In this document: positions 59,547 through 64,000 of the stretch, one piece after another
Layout of the letters: each line of letters opens with the position of its first letter
Position numbering within the stretch: the first letter of the stretch is position 1
Origin: a virus
Virus record (IMG/VR): IMGVR_UViG_3300025466_000015
DNA: 64,000 nt
Direction: 5' to 3' (one strand)
Position numbers and translations under genes: made by a program
Notes under the pieces: model-generated
What the model was told of the DNA's origin: nothing
The model's input: only the letters and a program-made list of their open reading frames with translations
The model's database searches: none

Positions 59547-60599
59547 ATGAGTATATTAGACAAAATTAAAAAGAATAGCAGTATCAAAGAATCTGCCATT
59601 CTAGCGAAATCAAAATTCTTTAATGACAAAGATATGATACCAACGGCTGTGCCAATTGTTAATGTGGCACTTTCTGGTAAGTTGGACGGTGGTCTAACTC
59701 CAGGTCTTACAATGTGGGCAGGTCCATCCAAGCATTTTAAGACAGCATTTTCCTTATTGATGGCTAAATCTTATCTGGACAAATATGAAGACTCCGCTTT
59801 GTTGTTTTATGATTCTGAGTTTGGTACTCCTCAATCCTATTTTGATTCTTTTGGTATTGACACTAATCGGGTGCTTCACACTCCGCTTACTGATATTGAA
59901 CAACTCAAATTCGATGTGATGACACAATTAACACAGTTGGAACGTACTGATAAATTGATTATCATTATTGATTCAATTGGTAACTTGGCATCAAAGAAAG
60001 AAGTTGAAGATGCTTTGGCTGAGAAGTCTGTAGCGGATATGTCAAGAGCAAAACAAATCAAATCATTGTTTAGAATGGTCACACCACATCTATCAATGAA
60101 AGATATTCCAATGATTGTTGTTAATCATACATACATGGAAATAGGAATGTTTCCTAAAGCAATCGTTGGTGGTGGTACAGGTTCTTATTACTCTGCTGAT
60201 AATATCTTTATTATTGGCCGTCAACAAGAGAAAGACGGCACAGAAGTTACTGGTTACAATTTTATAATCAATGTGGAAAAATCCCGATATGTTAAAGAAA
60301 AATCTAAAATCCCTGTTTCTGTATCTTTTGACGGTGGCATTAGTAAGTGGTCTGGTCTACTTGATATTGCACTCGAATCAGGACATGTGGTTAAGCCTAG
60401 CAATGGTTGGTATTCAAAGGTAGATTTTGAAACTGGTGAAGTTGAAGATAAAAAATATCGTGAAAAAGATACGGATAGTTCTGAGTTTTGGACTTCTATA
60501 TTGGAATCCGAATCATTCAAATCTTATGTTGAAGGTAAATATCGTGTAGCTTCTGGTAGTATCATGCAAACAGAAGACATGGAAGAAACGGTGGAATAA
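59547..60599 (+). CDS. uvsX: RecA-like recombinase UvsX
   Basis: AGPSKHFKT, YDSEFG, DSIGNLASKKE, GGGTG. Confidence 0.96.
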   Translation: MSILDKIKKNSSIKESAILAKSKFFNDKDMIPTAVPIVNVALSGKLDGGLTPGLTMWAGPSKHFKTAFSLLMAKSYLDKYEDSALLFYDSEFGTPQSYFDSFGIDTNRVLHTPLTDIEQLKFDVMTQLTQLERTDKLIIIIDSIGNLASKKEVEDALAEKSVADMSRAKQIKSLFRMVTPHLSMKDIPMIVVNHTYMEIGMFPKAIVGGGTGSYYSADNIFIIGRQQEKDGTEVTGYNFIINVEKSRYVKEKSKIPVSVSFDGGISKWSGLLDIALESGHVVKPSNGWYSKVDFETGEVEDKKYREKDTDSSEFWTSILESESFKSYVEGKYRVASGSIMQTEDMEETVE

Positions 60600-60600
60600 A

Positions 60601-60921
60601 ATGGTAGAAGGCATAGATTATTGTTTCATTTATCCTAAAGAAGATGATGCAATAGCACACATTAAATTTTTAGAAGGACCATATAAGAATACCACATTCA
60701 AATATGGTAAAGTAAAAATAAAAGAGGAACCTGACGGTGCTCATTTACTTTTTGCTTATGATGTGTTAGAATCACCAGTTATGAAGCCAAATAAGTTGGA
60801 GAAGGATGACACCTTCAAAAATTATATTGGTGATTTACTGGTAGAGATAATGACTTCCAACATGGAACAGGATATAATTGATGAAACTGGAACAGACGAT
60901 ACTAAGGAATTTGGTTTATAA
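60601..60921 (+). CDS. Hypothetical protein at the gp40 position
   Basis: Between uvsX and gp41; FKYGKV, YIGDLLVEI. Confidence 0.55.
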   Translation: MVEGIDYCFIYPKEDDAIAHIKFLEGPYKNTTFKYGKVKIKEEPDGAHLLFAYDVLESPVMKPNKLEKDDTFKNYIGDLLVEIMTSNMEQDIIDETGTDDTKEFGL

Positions 60922-62272
60922 TGAGGAATATATCCGCAAAGTATTACCATTTCTAAAAGCAGAATATTTTACTGATAGAACCGAAAGACTGATATTCAAT
61001 GAGATCCTTTCATTCACAAATGCTTACAATTCTTCACCAACGGTTGAAGCAATTGAATTGGCCATCAAAGAGAAACGAAATCTCACAAATGATGAGGTGG
61101 AAAAATCCGAATCGTATCTTAAAGAGATTGTTTCGTCTAGCGGAGAAGAATCCAAGATTCAATGGCTTGTTGACAAAACGGAGTCCTTTGTTCAAGAAAA
61201 GGCTATCTACAATGCAGTATTGGGGTCTATTTCTATACTCGAAGGGAAAGATAAAACCCAAGAGAAAGGTGCGATTCCCAAGATACTATCAGACGCCTTG
61301 GCGGTAAGCTTTGACAACTCCGTTGGCCACGATTACTTAGAAAACTCTGATGAACGATATGAATTCTACCACAGAAAAGAAGAACGAATTCCATTTGACC
61401 TCGAATTCTTCAACAAAATCACCAAGGGTGGTCTTCCTGCCAAGACACTTAACATTGCATTGGCTGGGACTGGTGTGGGTAAGTCTTTGTTTATGTGTCA
61501 TGTTGCCGCTGGCTGTATGTCTCAGGGTAAAAATGTATTGTACATCACTATGGAAATGGCTGAAGAACGTATTGCTGAAAGGATAGATGCAAATCTCCTT
61601 GATGTGACTGTTGATTCTTTGGTTGAATTGCCAAAAGATATGTTTGACAGAAAGATATCCAGACTCCGTGAAAAGACCACAGGTAAGTTAATCATCAAAG
61701 AGTATCCTACCGCATCGGCATCATCTATACACTTTAGGACACTTCTAAATGAGCTTAATCTTAAAAAGTCTTTTGTTCCTGATATTATTTTTATCGACTA
61801 TCTTAATATTTGTTGTTCAGCCAGAATCAAAGCAGGAGCCAACGTTAATTCCTATACCTATGTTAAAGCAATTGCAGAAGAATTGCGAGGTCTGGCCGTT
61901 GAATTCGGAGTCCCCATTGTCTCTGCAACTCAAACAACAAGGTCAGGATATTCCTCTTCCGACCCCGGACTCGAAGATACAAGTGAGTCTTTTGGTTTGC
62001 CTGCGACAGCTGACTTGATGTTTGCTTTGATTTCTTCCGAAGAATTGGAAGAAGTTGGTCAAATCATGGTCAAACAATTGAAGAATAGATACAATGATCC
62101 AACGTATTTCAAAAGATTCACGTTGGGTATTGATAGAGCAAAGATGAAACTATATGATATAGCACAAGTTGAAAATGACTTCTTGGCTGATGCTGGTCAT
62201 AAAGGTGAAGATAAACCTCTTAATACATTTGGTACAAGAGAACGAAAAGATTTTGGAGGATTTAAAGTATGA
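60881..62272 (+). CDS. gp41: Replicative helicase gp41
   Basis: AGTGVGKS, IFIDYLNI, SATQTTR, SESFGLPATAD, QLKNRY. Confidence 0.96.
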   Translation: MKLEQTILRNLVYNEEYIRKVLPFLKAEYFTDRTERLIFNEILSFTNAYNSSPTVEAIELAIKEKRNLTNDEVEKSESYLKEIVSSSGEESKIQWLVDKTESFVQEKAIYNAVLGSISILEGKDKTQEKGAIPKILSDALAVSFDNSVGHDYLENSDERYEFYHRKEERIPFDLEFFNKITKGGLPAKTLNIALAGTGVGKSLFMCHVAAGCMSQGKNVLYITMEMAEERIAERIDANLLDVTVDSLVELPKDMFDRKISRLREKTTGKLIIKEYPTASASSIHFRTLLNELNLKKSFVPDIIFIDYLNICCSARIKAGANVNSYTYVKAIAEELRGLAVEFGVPIVSATQTTRSGYSSSDPGLEDTSESFGLPATADLMFALISSEELEEVGQIMVKQLKNRYNDPTYFKRFTLGIDRAKMKLYDIAQVENDFLADAGHKGEDKPLNTFGTRERKDFGGFKV

Positions 62273-62619
62273 CAAATGAACAAATTATTTACGCAACATT
62301 TTTTAGTGTGGTGTGTATAACTATTTTATATACGCATATTACTTGGTCGGCTATCAAAGAATGTTACTCTATGTGGTTTAAAAAATCATATTGGACAGAC
62401 TATAACATAATTGAATTTTTATCATGGACCGCTAAAGCAATTATTATTATTCCTGGATTAATTTTTGGTATTAATATTTGGCAACTTTATTATCTGACTT
62501 TGATTACATCAGCAACATTAATTTGGGCTAGCCGTAAAAAGGCATTGCCCACACTAGTAGGTTTTAACACCATGTGGTTTTGGTTAAGCGCAATGGTACT
62601 GGCACAACATTTAATATGA
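62269..62619 (+). CDS. Small multi-pass membrane protein
   Basis: Several hydrophobic segments; ATGA coupling. Confidence 0.65.
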   Translation: MTNEQIIYATFFSVVCITILYTHITWSAIKECYSMWFKKSYWTDYNIIEFLSWTAKAIIIIPGLIFGINIWQLYYLTLITSATLIWASRKKALPTLVGFNTMWFWLSAMVLAQHLI

Positions 62620-62870
62620 TTAAAAAGTTTTTTTCACATTGGATATGGCCTTGGACTTGGTTTCCAGGATTTTCTTTAATTGATGAAGGCAGCCGCATGG
62701 CTCATGAATATACAGATGAAAAATCCAGAGAAGAAATTTCTCGCATTTATAAAGAATACTATGAAGAAGCAACATCTCCATTAGTTAATCCATTAAAATT
62801 TGATCCTTTAAATCCTCCAAAAGGCTGGGCATTTGATCCTTACTATTGCATATGGCATCCATACAAATGA
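62616..62870 (+). CDS. Hypothetical protein
   Basis: Coupled ORF; FDPLNPPKGWAFDPYY. Confidence 0.55.
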   Translation: MIKKFFSHWIWPWTWFPGFSLIDEGSRMAHEYTDEKSREEISRIYKEYYEEATSPLVNPLKFDPLNPPKGWAFDPYYCIWHPYK

Positions 62871-63979
62871 ATTTAACAACTGAAGAAGCACTATATTGTT
62901 CTAAGGCATTTCAAGATTACTTTGCTAATTTTGGTGATATTGAACAATACATGAGAGATGAGAAATTAAAATCTCTTGATTCTATTGGATCATCACTATT
63001 TCCACCTGAAGACGATTTGTTTTCAGACTTCTCTATGCACCCAAAAGACATGGATATTGAAGTAATTGAAATGAATGGTGCTATGTGGGAAACATTATTG
63101 AGTATCACTTCATCACACGTTAATAAAGCACCTGTTGGTCGCAATATACAATTGGCTGTCAGAGAAAAGAACACAGGAAAGATTCTAGGATTCATTAGAC
63201 TTGGTTCGCCAGTCATCTATATGAAACCCCGAAATGAAATGCTTGGACAAGTTTGGATACAGAACAAAGAGTTTCCTAAACGATTCAATGATTCTGCCAT
63301 CATGGGTTTTGTGATTGTACCAGCACAACCCTTTGGATTTAATTATCTTGGCGGTAAATTACTAGCTGCTATCTGTACTTCACACACAGTTAGAGAAATT
63401 GTAAATAAGAAATACAATGCTAATATTTGTTTATTTGAAACTACCAGTCTTTATGGTACGGCCAAAACTGTATCACAATATGACGGCATGAAACCTTATA
63501 TTCGATTCAAAGGATTAACCGAATCTGATATGGTACCCATGATGCACGGTGAAAGATATCAATCACTCAAAGAATATGTTGAGAGCAAAGTTGGTGGTGA
63601 TATATTAGGTGAAGATGAATCAACAACTAGCCGTAAATTGAGAACATTTACTAAGATTATTGCTATGACAAAAGCTGCACTTAAAGGCACACCAGAAGGA
63701 CAACTATTTGAAAAGACTATTGAAGATGCCAAGAATCTAACTGAAAAGAAAAGATATTATACTTCAGATTATGGTTTCAGTAATATGGTTGATTATGTCA
63801 ATGGAAAAACAGACACGTTAATTCCTGGTGAAAACTATGAAAAACATGAATTAAAAAATCTTGTTGAATGGTGGCGAAACAAAGCTATAAATAGATATGA
63901 AACTCTTAAATCTGAGGGTAGATTGCGTACCGAACTAGAAGTTTGGACATCAGGCAAAGACATTCAAATTATTAGGTAA
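62867..63979 (+). CDS. DUF4338 / DruA-like protein (paralogue 2)
   Basis: PVGRNI, LGFIRLGSP, PFGFNYLGGKLLAAIC, ETTSLYG...SQYDG, GLTES. Confidence 0.7.
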   Translation: MNLTTEEALYCSKAFQDYFANFGDIEQYMRDEKLKSLDSIGSSLFPPEDDLFSDFSMHPKDMDIEVIEMNGAMWETLLSITSSHVNKAPVGRNIQLAVREKNTGKILGFIRLGSPVIYMKPRNEMLGQVWIQNKEFPKRFNDSAIMGFVIVPAQPFGFNYLGGKLLAAICTSHTVREIVNKKYNANICLFETTSLYGTAKTVSQYDGMKPYIRFKGLTESDMVPMMHGERYQSLKEYVESKVGGDILGEDESTTSRKLRTFTKIIAMTKAALKGTPEGQLFEKTIEDAKNLTEKKRYYTSDYGFSNMVDYVNGKTDTLIPGENYEKHELKNLVEWWRNKAINRYETLKSEGRLRTELEVWTSGKDIQIIR

Positions 63980-64000
63980 AATGGCCACAAAAATAACCGA

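Overview
AT-rich segment of a T4-like (Tevenvirinae-type) myophage genome, probably infecting a betaproteobacterium (inferred from DUF3579-like and PbpG-like genes). In order: a tail-fibre/adhesin region (three collagen-like fibres with S74 chaperones, next to a 2OG-Fe(II) oxygenase and a glycosyltransferase); the T4 morphogenesis block gp13-gp23 and gp3; uvsY/uvsW/gp55/gp47/gp46; gp45/44/62/regA; a ~7 kb array of 27 canonical tRNAs covering all 20 amino acids, interleaved with structured RNAs and small genes; homospermidine synthase; a minus-strand envelope cassette; and gp43/uvsX/gp41. Four free-standing homing endonucleases are present. The most striking unannotated signal is a candidate ribosome-dependent transcription attenuator just upstream of the tRNA array. 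Its 32-codon leader uses 19 of 20 amino acids and 26 different codons and overlaps an antiterminator that excludes a terminator, so it could sense loss of almost any host tRNA and switch on the phage tRNAs. Also notable: a D-armless tRNA-Gly-like RNA, a 135-nt tRNA-like RNA, several long-stem ncRNA candidates, a fixed-spacing operator palindrome at tRNA promoters, and two DruA/DUF4338 (Mom-like) paralogues. All assignments come from reading motifs, base-pairing and synteny by eye; no searches or folding programs were run.
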